Shown one piece after another: positions 27,720 through 35,557 of a DNA stretch of 64,000 nucleotides (its first letter is position 1; each line of letters starts with the position of its first letter). The notes beneath the pieces are model-generated. The model did not search any database, was not told the origin of the DNA, and worked only from the letters and a program-made list of their open reading frames with translations. The translations under genes and the position numbers were made by a program. Origin of the DNA: an uncultured Gemmatimonadota bacterium (lineage in GTDB: Bacteria > Gemmatimonadota > Gemmatimonadetes > Palauibacterales > KS3-K002); NCBI GenBank assembly GCA_964345885.1, contig CAYFSW010000170.1:46169-110168 (forward strand), written 5' to 3'.

Positions 27720-28283
27720 ATGGAATGTGAAGAGTTTCTAACGGACTATTCCGACTTCCTCGACCGCCAGTTTGAGGAGCACCCCATAGTAAGCTACTGC
27801 GATCACCTGCTCAGCTGCTCGGACTGCGCCGCCTACGACCGGGTGATGCGACGCGGTCTCAAGCTGGTGAGAGGGCTCGAGCAGCCGGAGGCACAGCCGG
27901 ATCTGGTACCTCGGGTAGGTGAGAGGGTCCTCAGCCGAGGCGTGAGCGGGAGCGGGGGCGCGGAAAGCACCAGGACCGCCTTGGTCGCCGCGGCGGCCAT
28001 CCTGGCGCTCTGCGTGGTGGGGTCGCTGGCGGTGCTGCGCTCGGGAGGGACGACGGAGCTTCCGCCGCTGGTCGTGGAACCGGCGGTGGCCGATGAGCTG
28101 CCCTCGCTGTGGGGTCCGGCACCCAAGCTCACCCCGGCGGTGAGTCTCCTTCGAGTCCCCGAACTGACTGACGACCGCCTCTTCAGACCACCACCGGAGC
28201 GGTTCTCGGCGTTTCGCGCTCCGCTCAGGGCGTCGCGCCGGCCGTCGTCGCTTGACGCTTTACAGACGGCAGCGCCGGAGTAG
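27720..28283 (+). CDS. zinc-dependent (ZAS-type) membrane-anchored anti-sigma factor
   Basis: HxxxCxxC motif (CDHLLSCSDCAAY) about 25 aa from the ATG at 27720; central TM helix (ALVAAAAILALCVVGSLAVL). The ORF-track start at 27540 lies inside repeat B and is rejected. Confidence 0.65.
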   Translation: MECEEFLTDYSDFLDRQFEEHPIVSYCDHLLSCSDCAAYDRVMRRGLKLVRGLEQPEAQPDLVPRVGERVLSRGVSGSGGAESTRTALVAAAAILALCVVGSLAVLRSGGTTELPPLVVEPAVADELPSLWGPAPKLTPAVSLLRVPELTDDRLFRPPPERFSAFRAPLRASRRPSSLDALQTAAPE

Positions 28284-28340
28284 AGTCCGAGGGGCCGCAG
28301 CCGAGTTGACACCTCTTGATTCTCCGTCCAATACTGTGAC

Positions 28341-29411
28341 ATGGGCGAGCTGACATACGACCAGCTCAGCGATAGGATGGAGAGAGGGGAGCTGGGCGGG
28401 AGCTTCTTTCTCGAGACAGAGGACCCGTTCCTTCGCGACGAAGCGATATCTCTCCTTACGGAGGCCCACCTGGCGGGTGGTTCCGCCGATTTCGATCTCG
28501 ACCAAGCGAGCGGAGACGACCTGGACGCGGCGAGTCTGGCGGCGATGCTTGGGACCCCTCCCATGCTATCGCCGTACCGGGTGGTAGTGGTTCGCAAGGC
28601 CCAGGGGCTGACGCCGAAGTCGCGGTCTGTGGTTGAGGAAGCCGTGCGCAGGGAAGTACCGAATCGAGTGCTTATCCTGGCGGCGGAAGTCCCGCGTGGT
28701 TCTAAGGCAAAGTTCTACGACGTGCTGCGCCGCCGCTGCATGACGACTGCGCTGCGGGCTCCCGGCACCTCAGAGCTGCCCGGCTGGCTGGCCAGGCGCG
28801 CGAGATCGGTTCATGGCGTGGAACTGGAGATGCCGGCGGCGCAGTTGCTCGCCGCGGGCATCGGCGCCCGTCTGGGGGTCTTGGCGCAGGAGCTTGAAAA
28901 GCTCGTCAGCTACGTCGAGCCGGCGAAGAAGATCGGGCTGGCGGAGGTCCGGGCTGCAGTCGGCGCGCTACCCCAGGTCGATCGTTGGAGTTGGATCGAC
29001 AAGGTAGCGGAGCGGCGGATCGCGTCGGCTCTGGAGGAGCTGCCGGCGCTGCTCGACTCGGGAGAGAGCGCGGTGGCGCTGATCGGCTGGCTGTCCGAGT
29101 CGCTGATCCGTGTTGGCCTGGCGCGTGCGGGCGAAGGCGCGCTCGTGCAGGTGCTCAAGCGGGACGGGAGCTACGGCAACCTCGCCTGGAAGGTGCGCAC
29201 CTATGTGCGGCAGGCACGTCACTGGAGCGAGGTGCAGATCGCAGCAGCTCTTGCAGAGCTCTTGCGCGCCGATCGGTTAATCAAAGCAGGTGGGCTCTCC
29301 GAGCGTGCCGCGCTGGAGGAGGCGCTTCTGAGGATCGGGGCTGGGGATGGCTCCCAGAGACAACAGGTCGCGGGTGTGGGAGGCAGAGGTGGGAGATCGA
29401 GGAGGATCTAA
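28341..29411 (+). CDS. holA: DNA polymerase III subunit delta
   Basis: Size and clamp-loader delta-like helical domains. Assignment rests on overall similarity and size, not on a sharp motif. Confidence 0.6.
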   Translation: MGELTYDQLSDRMERGELGGSFFLETEDPFLRDEAISLLTEAHLAGGSADFDLDQASGDDLDAASLAAMLGTPPMLSPYRVVVVRKAQGLTPKSRSVVEEAVRREVPNRVLILAAEVPRGSKAKFYDVLRRRCMTTALRAPGTSELPGWLARRARSVHGVELEMPAAQLLAAGIGARLGVLAQELEKLVSYVEPAKKIGLAEVRAAVGALPQVDRWSWIDKVAERRIASALEELPALLDSGESAVALIGWLSESLIRVGLARAGEGALVQVLKRDGSYGNLAWKVRTYVRQARHWSEVQIAAALAELLRADRLIKAGGLSERAALEEALLRIGAGDGSQRQQVAGVGGRGGRSRRI

Positions 29412-29421
29412 GCTGAGGAGC

Positions 29422-30231
29422 GTGCGCTTGGTGTTGACGTGCGCGGCGCTCATGGGATACGCCGTCTTGGCGTCCGCCGGCTTGGCGCTGGCGCAGCAGG
29501 ACTCACTGCTCGACCAGGCCGAGCGCCTGGCGAATCGCGGCGAGGTCCGAGAAGCGCGCCAGGCGTTGGCCCGCTGGGAGAGCGACTTCGGAGAGTCGGC
29601 GCCTCTCGACCAACGGGCCCGGGCCTGGTTTCTGGCGGGCCGGCTGGCCGAGAAAGGCGACGAGGCGGAGCTCAGTTACCTGCGCGTGATCGTCGAGGGA
29701 TCGACGACCCCGTACGCCGACGACGCGCTCCTCCGACTGGCTCAGTATAAGCACGCTGAGGGCGAGTTCGCGAAGGTCGTCGATTACCTGGGGCGGCTGC
29801 GGCGCGATTATCCGACGAGTGAGCATGGGCCCGAGGCGCTGCTCTGGATCAGCCGCGCGGCGCGGGAAATGGGCGATGTGCACCGAGCCTGCGCAGCGGC
29901 CGAGCAGGGAATGGCTGAGCTGGCTCCAGGCGACACGCTGCTGGAGCGCTCCTTCCGTGAGGTGCAATCAGCTTGCGGTTCAGCCGAGCGTACGTTTACC
30001 GTGCAGGTCGCCGCGTTCAGGGGTGAGGCGGCGGCGCAGAACCTGGCCCGCGAGCTACTCATCGCCGGCTACGATGCTTGGGTGCTCAGCTCCAACGGGG
30101 ACGACCCCATCTATCGGGTGCGCGTCGGACGTGGGCTGCTCGAGGCGGAGGCCCAGGCGCTCATTGAGCGGCTGGTCGGGGAGGGGCACTCACCGTTCCT
30201 GGTCTCCCAGCCGGAGCGGATCGGAGGATAG
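29422..30231 (+). CDS. SPOR-domain (peptidoglycan-binding) protein with TPR-like N-terminal region
   Basis: C-terminal SPOR signature (FTVQVAAFRGEAAAQNLARELLIAGYDAWVL...YRVRVGRG). Signal peptide from GTG 29422, with TTG 29428 and ATG 29452 as alternatives. The ORF-track start at 29347 overlaps holA. Confidence 0.6.
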   Translation: MRLVLTCAALMGYAVLASAGLALAQQDSLLDQAERLANRGEVREARQALARWESDFGESAPLDQRARAWFLAGRLAEKGDEAELSYLRVIVEGSTTPYADDALLRLAQYKHAEGEFAKVVDYLGRLRRDYPTSEHGPEALLWISRAAREMGDVHRACAAAEQGMAELAPGDTLLERSFREVQSACGSAERTFTVQVAAFRGEAAAQNLARELLIAGYDAWVLSSNGDDPIYRVRVGRGLLEAEAQALIERLVGEGHSPFLVSQPERIGG

Positions 30232-30238
30232 AACGGCA

Positions 30239-32860
30239 GTGCAGCCAGACCGCGGTCCCAACACGCCATTGATGCGGCAGTACCTGGAGATGAAGGGTCG
30301 CTATCCCGACGCGATCCTCTTCTTTCAGGTCGGAGACTTCTACGAGATGTTCTTCGAGGATGCCGAGGAGGCCTCTCGGCTCCTCAACCTGACTCTCACG
30401 TCCCGCAACAACGGCGAGGCGGCACGCGTCCCGCTCGCCGGTGTGCCCATCAAAGCTGCCCAGGAGTACGTGCAGAGGCTCATCCGATTGGGACGCCGCG
30501 TGGCAATATGCCAGCAGGTCGAGGACGCCTCGCAGGCACGGGGCGTGGTTCGCCGCGAGGTCGTCGAGACAGTAACCCCGGGCGCCGTATTCTCCGAGGC
30601 CCTGTTGGAAGCCGGCCAGAACAACTTCCTCGCCGCCGTCGCCGGTGCGAGCTCAGCCGAGGACGTCGGGCTGGCATGGGCGGACATCTCGACGGGTGAG
30701 TTCTTCTGTGCCGGGATCGCTCGCTCGGAACTCGCCTCCGAGCTCGACCGGATAGACGCACGGGAGATCTTGTTTCCCAGCTCTTGGGAACCGGACCGCA
30801 GGGCACGGACGGGAGACGCGTCCGAGAGGCCCGCGACATATCGTGAGGACTGGAACTTCGATGCGGAGATCGCCGGTGAGAAGATCTGCCGGCACTTCGG
30901 GATCACCAGCCTCGCCAGCCTCGGCTTGAGTGAGCCCGGTGACGAGCCTGCAGTCCAAGCGGCGGGTGGGTTGCTCGGCTACGTGCTCGAGGTGCAGCCT
31001 GGCGGCGGCAGCCAGCTGCGGCCCCCACGCGCCGAGCGCGGTGACAAGGCGCTGCACATGGACGAGATGACGCGGCGCAACCTAGAGGTTGTTCGCCCGC
31101 TACGCCCCGAGCTCGGTGGTACGACACTGTTCGATGTGATCGATGCGACGCTCACTCCGATGGGCACTCGTCTCTTGCGGTCTTGGCTGTTGCGGCCACT
31201 GGTCGATCCGGAGGCAATCGGCCATCGCCAAGACGCGGTCGAAGAGATGCTTGACGATGGGCCGCGACGTAAGCGCCTACGCGAATCTCTGGGGGCGGTG
31301 CGCGACCTGGCCAGGCTGGCGGGGAAGGCGGGCGCCCAGCGCGCCGCGCCCCGCGATCTGCTCGCCCTCGCCGACTCCCTGCGTCAGATACCCTGCGTCT
31401 TGGAGGCGCTGGTTGAGCCGTGTAGCCGCGAGCTGGCTGAGGCCTGCGATGGGTTCGATCGGGCCGATGACGTCGTCGAGCTGATCGAGCGTGCGATCGA
31501 CCCCGAGGCGCCGGCCAACCTCGCTGATGGGGGCGTGGTGCGGGCCGGTTACTCGGTCGAGCTGGATGAGTTGCGTTCGATCCGTGATGGCGCGGTCAAC
31601 TGGATTGCGGAGCTGCAGGGCCGCGAGCGGCAGCGGACAGGTATCGGTTCGCTCAAGGTTGGATACAACCGCGTGTTCGGCTACTACATAGAGGTGACCA
31701 AGCCGAATCTCGGCAGAGTCCCCGACGACTACGAACGGCGACAGACGCTCACCAACGCCGAGCGCTTTATTACGCCCGAGCTCAAGGAATGGGAGTCGAA
31801 GGTGCTGGGCGCCGAGGAGCGGATCGGCGATCTCGAGCAGCGGCTGTTCCGCGAGGTGAGGGAGTCGGTGGGTGGTGCGGTTGAGCGTCTGCTAGACGGT
31901 GCGCGGCGGATCGCCCTCATCGACGTATATGCTTCGCTGGCCTACGTGGCCGACCGGAACGGCTACAGACGACCGCGTATCGATACCGAGGATCGCATCG
32001 ACATACGGGCTGGTCGGCACCCGGTCGTCGAGTGCATGATGCCGCGCGAGCAGTTCGTCCCCAACGATATCAGGCTCGATGGGAACCAGCGTGTGATCAT
32101 CCTTACGGGGCCGAACATGGCGGGTAAGTCGACGATCCTTCGGCAGGTTGGTCTCATAGCGCTGATGGCACAGGCCGGTTCCTTCGTGCCGGCGGATTCA
32201 GCTGAGATCGGAGTTACCGATCGGATCTTTACCCGGGTCGGCGCCTCCGACAATCTGGCGCAGGGACAGAGCACCTTCATGGTCGAGATGATCGAGACGG
32301 CCGCTATCCTGAACGGTGCGACGGACTGCAGCCTGGTGCTTTTGGACGAGATCGGGCGCGGCACATCAACGTATGACGGAGTGTCGATCGCCTGGTCGGT
32401 GACCGAGCACATTCACGAGCGCATCGGCGCCAAGACGGTCTTCGCCACCCACTACCACGAGTTGACCCAGATCGCGGATCTCCTACCGGCGGCTGCGGCT
32501 TACAACGTAGCCGTCAAGGAGGTGGGAGACGATATCGTCTTCCTGCGACGCCTCGAGCCGGGCGGAACCGATCGGTCCTATGGTGTGCAGGTGGCACGGC
32601 TCGCCGGACTGCCAGCCGAGGTCATCGAGCGGGCGCGGCAGATTCTGCACGATCTGGAGGGCGTGGAGGTCGGCTCGGGCCCCGGGTTCGGCCGCCGCGG
32701 GCGGCTGCCGGAATCGCTGGACCGCTCGCAGCTGAGCCTCTTCCAAGAGCCCGAAAGTCCGGTACTCGAGAGACTGCGGAACATCATGCCTGAGGAGATG
32801 ACCCCAATAGAAGCGCTCGCGCTGCTAGCCGAGCTAAAGCGTGAGGCAGAGAGCTCGTGA
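30239..32860 (+). CDS. mutS: DNA mismatch repair protein MutS
   Basis: N-terminus TPLMRQYLEMKGRYPDAILFFQVGDFYEMFFEDA; Walker A GPNMAGKST; STFMVEM motif. GTG start at 30239 with GGAGGA 8 nt upstream. The ORF-track start at 29819 is an upstream read-through. Confidence 0.9.
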   Translation: MQPDRGPNTPLMRQYLEMKGRYPDAILFFQVGDFYEMFFEDAEEASRLLNLTLTSRNNGEAARVPLAGVPIKAAQEYVQRLIRLGRRVAICQQVEDASQARGVVRREVVETVTPGAVFSEALLEAGQNNFLAAVAGASSAEDVGLAWADISTGEFFCAGIARSELASELDRIDAREILFPSSWEPDRRARTGDASERPATYREDWNFDAEIAGEKICRHFGITSLASLGLSEPGDEPAVQAAGGLLGYVLEVQPGGGSQLRPPRAERGDKALHMDEMTRRNLEVVRPLRPELGGTTLFDVIDATLTPMGTRLLRSWLLRPLVDPEAIGHRQDAVEEMLDDGPRRKRLRESLGAVRDLARLAGKAGAQRAAPRDLLALADSLRQIPCVLEALVEPCSRELAEACDGFDRADDVVELIERAIDPEAPANLADGGVVRAGYSVELDELRSIRDGAVNWIAELQGRERQRTGIGSLKVGYNRVFGYYIEVTKPNLGRVPDDYERRQTLTNAERFITPELKEWESKVLGAEERIGDLEQRLFREVRESVGGAVERLLDGARRIALIDVYASLAYVADRNGYRRPRIDTEDRIDIRAGRHPVVECMMPREQFVPNDIRLDGNQRVIILTGPNMAGKSTILRQVGLIALMAQAGSFVPADSAEIGVTDRIFTRVGASDNLAQGQSTFMVEMIETAAILNGATDCSLVLLDEIGRGTSTYDGVSIAWSVTEHIHERIGAKTVFATHYHELTQIADLLPAAAAYNVAVKEVGDDIVFLRRLEPGGTDRSYGVQVARLAGLPAEVIERARQILHDLEGVEVGSGPGFGRRGRLPESLDRSQLSLFQEPESPVLERLRNIMPEEMTPIEALALLAELKREAESS

Positions 32861-33267
32861 GGCGGATTCTGGCGGTCGGGATGGTGGTGGCGCTGGTCGC
32901 CGTAGGATTCGCGATGGCCAGTCAGCTGCCGGGGATCGGCGGTCTGCTGGGCTTCATGCGAGGCGGACAGTCGCTGCCGGTGCTGCAGACCGGTGAGATG
33001 CCTTTCCGCTACCCGCTACGATTGTGGCGCGAGGGGGTCGAAGGCGAGGTGCTGCTCAGAATACATGTCACGGCGGTGGGCACGGTGGATTCCGTGGAGC
33101 TCGAGCGCTCGAGCGGCCATGCCGAACTCGATTCCATCGCCCTGCGCGGGGCTAGGCAGCTGAGGTACGACCCGGCCGTCGAGGGTGAGCGGCCTGTTGC
33201 TACATGGGCTATGTTGCCGGTTCGCTTCACGCGTAACACAGACGCAGGTTCAACGGAGGGCCAGTGA
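32857..33267 (+). CDS. TonB C-terminal domain protein (energy transducer TonB-like)
   Basis: N-terminal TM anchor; C-terminal YPxxAxxxGxEGxVxLxxxIxxxGxV pattern (RYPLRLWREGVEGEVLLRIHVTAVGTV). GTG overlaps the mutS stop. Confidence 0.55.
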   Translation: MRRILAVGMVVALVAVGFAMASQLPGIGGLLGFMRGGQSLPVLQTGEMPFRYPLRLWREGVEGEVLLRIHVTAVGTVDSVELERSSGHAELDSIALRGARQLRYDPAVEGERPVATWAMLPVRFTRNTDAGSTEGQ

Positions 33268-33355
33268 ACGGGCGGGGCGTGAGTCACGACTGCGATCTCT
33301 CAAGGATCTGCGACGGCGAGTGGATGCAAGCAGGGCGGGTGCTGGAGGCGCGTCC

Positions 33356-34399
33356 GTGAAGGTGGCAGTGCTGATGGGAGGTACGAGCGCGGAGCGCGAT
33401 GTGTCGCTGGCGACGGGCCACGAGATCGCAAAGGCGCTCCAGGCGCAGGCGCACCAGGTCGTGGCGATCGACGCGGCCGGCGGCCGCCTCATCCCTCTGG
33501 CTGGGTCAGCAGGGCGTTCCGTTTCGGGTATTGGCACTGAGCCCCCTAATCAAGGCGAGCTTGTGCGCCTGGAGAGCGGTTCGCTCGTGCGCCGCTTGGA
33601 AGACGCGCCAGAGTTGGAGGATACCGAGGTCGTGTTCGTCGCCCTGCACGGCGGCGCCGGCGAAGATGGCCGGGTACAGGCGCTACTCGACCTCGTCGGT
33701 ATCCCTTACACGGGTAGCGGGCCGCTGGGTAGCGCCCTGGCGATGGACAAGCTTGCAACCAAGGATCTCTTTATCGCTGCGGGCATCCCGACTCCGCCCT
33801 GGCTCGTGGGACCGGTGACCGAGTCGCAGGTGGAGCAGGCGCTCGGCGGCTTTCCGGTGGTGGTAAAACCTTCGCACGAAGGCTCCACAGTTGGCGTTAG
33901 CGTCGTCAGGGATCCGGGTGATCTGGGTGCGGCGATCGAGAGAGCCGGCCGCTTCCAGGGGCCGGTGCTGGTCGAGCGCTTCATCCCTGGGCGCGAGCTG
34001 GCGGTGGGGGTTCTGGGGGACGAGGCGCTGCCCATAGTCGAGATTCGCCCCAAGCACGAGATCTACGACTACGAGTGCAAGTACACGAAAGGTATGTCAG
34101 AGTACGAGGTCCCGGCGCCCATCGACGATACCCTTACCAAGAAAGTGCAAGACCTGGCGGTACGCGCACACCGTGTGCTCCGCCTGTCGGCATACAGCCG
34201 GGTGGACTTCCGCCTCGACGAGGACGGCGCTCCTTGGTGCTTCGAGGCCAACTCGCTTCCCGGGATGACCGCTACGAGCCTCTTGCCCAAGGCGGCGCGG
34301 GCCATCGGCGTCTCTTTCGGGGAGCTTTGCGACCGGATCGTGCGGCTAGCGCTGGAGAAGGAGGACTCCGTTGGAACCCGGCCCGGCGGTCCGGGTTAG
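33356..34399 (+). CDS. ddl: D-alanine--D-alanine ligase
   Basis: VKVAVLMGGTSAERDVSL N-terminus; ATP-grasp motifs (VVVKPSHEGSTVGVSVV, EANSLPGMT). GTG start at 33356 with GGAGG 7 nt upstream. Confidence 0.85.
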   Translation: MKVAVLMGGTSAERDVSLATGHEIAKALQAQAHQVVAIDAAGGRLIPLAGSAGRSVSGIGTEPPNQGELVRLESGSLVRRLEDAPELEDTEVVFVALHGGAGEDGRVQALLDLVGIPYTGSGPLGSALAMDKLATKDLFIAAGIPTPPWLVGPVTESQVEQALGGFPVVVKPSHEGSTVGVSVVRDPGDLGAAIERAGRFQGPVLVERFIPGRELAVGVLGDEALPIVEIRPKHEIYDYECKYTKGMSEYEVPAPIDDTLTKKVQDLAVRAHRVLRLSAYSRVDFRLDEDGAPWCFEANSLPGMTATSLLPKAARAIGVSFGELCDRIVRLALEKEDSVGTRPGGPG

Positions 34400-34435
34400 G
34401 GTAGATGAGATGTCTATGAGCGCGGGACAGAGCCA

Positions 34436-35305
34436 GTGAGCAGGTACGGGTCGATGAGCCCGGGCGGCATGAGGTTCGCCTATCGGATGACACCGTGGGT
34501 GAAGCGCCTGATCATAGCCAACGCTGTGTTATGGCTCTTGACCTGGTTGCGCCTGATCCCGCCCCAGCTGGCCTACGACTATCTCGGTTTCACCGCGACG
34601 GAGGTCCTCAGAGAGCCCTGGACGATCATCACCTACATGTTCGTCCACGGCGGCTTCTTCCACGTCTTCATCAACATGCTGAGGCTCTTCTTCTTCGGGC
34701 CGCCGCTCGAGGAGCGTTGGGGCGGGAAGGAGTTCTTGAAATACTACGCGATCTGCGGTGTCGCCGGTGCGCTGTTCAGTGTCGGCGCGCTGGCGTTCCC
34801 CAGCCTGGGGACCGGGACCATCCCGATCGTAGGCGCCTCCGGTGCGGTCTACGGTGTCATGCTAGCGTACGCGCTGAACTGGCCGAACAGTCTCGTCTGG
34901 ATCTACGCCATATTTCCCATCAAGGTGAAGTACCTGGTCATGATCCTGGGAGCGATGACCTTCTTCTCGGCCTTCGGCGGGGCGACCGACGGGATCGCCC
35001 ACTTCGCCCACCTGGGCGGCCTCGTCGTGGGCTACATCTACCTCAAGAAGGGCTGGCAGTTGGGGGCGCACCTGGAGGCCTGGAAGAAGCGGTTGCGCAA
35101 GCGGAGACTCAGGGTGGTGCAGGGCGGTACGGGCAAGCCGGCCCGCCCCACGCCGGCCGATGAGGAAGCCCGCATCCTGGAGGTCGTCGACAAGTTGCTC
35201 GACAAGATTGCCGCCAGCGGCCTCGAATCGCTGACTCCCGAGGAACGCCGCTTCCTCGACGAGGTCTCGCGCCGCCGCCAGGCGCAGCACGAAGTCCGAC
35301 ACTAG
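34436..35305 (+). CDS. rhomboid-family intramembrane serine protease
   Basis: Six to seven TM helices; catalytic GASGAVYG serine motif and downstream His (AHFAHLGG); charged C-terminal tail. Confidence 0.8.
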   Translation: MSRYGSMSPGGMRFAYRMTPWVKRLIIANAVLWLLTWLRLIPPQLAYDYLGFTATEVLREPWTIITYMFVHGGFFHVFINMLRLFFFGPPLEERWGGKEFLKYYAICGVAGALFSVGALAFPSLGTGTIPIVGASGAVYGVMLAYALNWPNSLVWIYAIFPIKVKYLVMILGAMTFFSAFGGATDGIAHFAHLGGLVVGYIYLKKGWQLGAHLEAWKKRLRKRRLRVVQGGTGKPARPTPADEEARILEVVDKLLDKIAASGLESLTPEERRFLDEVSRRRQAQHEVRH

Positions 35306-35530
35306 AAATTCGGCGATTCCGGCATTCCGGGATTCGGGGAGCAAGGGAAACTCGTCCCCAATTCCCCAATTCCCCGATTCCACGGACTCCACGGATTCCA
35401 CGGATTCCCGGTTCCGCAGCCCCAAAAACCTCATTCCCCGACTCCCCGACTCCCCGACTCCCCGAATCCCCAACTCCCGAACTCTCTTGACTCTCCGCTC
35501 CGCCGAAAATACGATTCCGGCCCGATCCAC
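35306..35530. repeat. intergenic tandem-octamer repeat element, copy C (inverted relative to A and B)
   Basis: CCCCAATTCCCCAATTCCCCGATTCCACGGACTCCACGGATTCCACGGATTCCCGG...CCCCGACTCCCCGACTCCCCGACTCCCCGAATCCCC is the reverse complement of the GGAATCCGTGG / GGGGAGTCGGGG units of A and B. Confidence 0.8.
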
Positions 35531-35557
35531 AATCCAGATCACCTAGGGAGGCGGCAG

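Noticed and set aside
27319-27741. Four overlapping ORFs (27319-27546 –, 27357-27668 –, 27386-27601 –, 27391-27741 +) and the 27540 start of the anti-sigma ORF
   Set aside because: All fall in repeat B or the terminator and their translations are low-complexity. The anti-sigma ZAS motif sits about 25 aa after the ATG at 27720, which is the plausible start.
29819-30238. N-terminal 140-aa extension of the mutS ORF (track start 29819)
   Set aside because: It overlaps the SPOR-domain gene in another frame. The conserved MutS N-terminus (TPLMRQYLEMK) begins 9 aa after the GTG at 30239, which has a GGAGGA RBS.
33185-33355. Upstream extension of ddl (track start 33185) and the 2175 start of the Trm112-like ORF
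   Set aside because: Both extensions overlap the upstream genes by more than 80 nt. Conserved N-termini and RBS placement support the downstream GTG starts (33356 and 2316).
21735-35530. Possible CRISPR array
   Set aside because: The repeat units are 8-10 bp and directly abutting with no unique spacers of 25-40 bp. No cas genes are present. The structure is tandem micro-repeats, not CRISPR.
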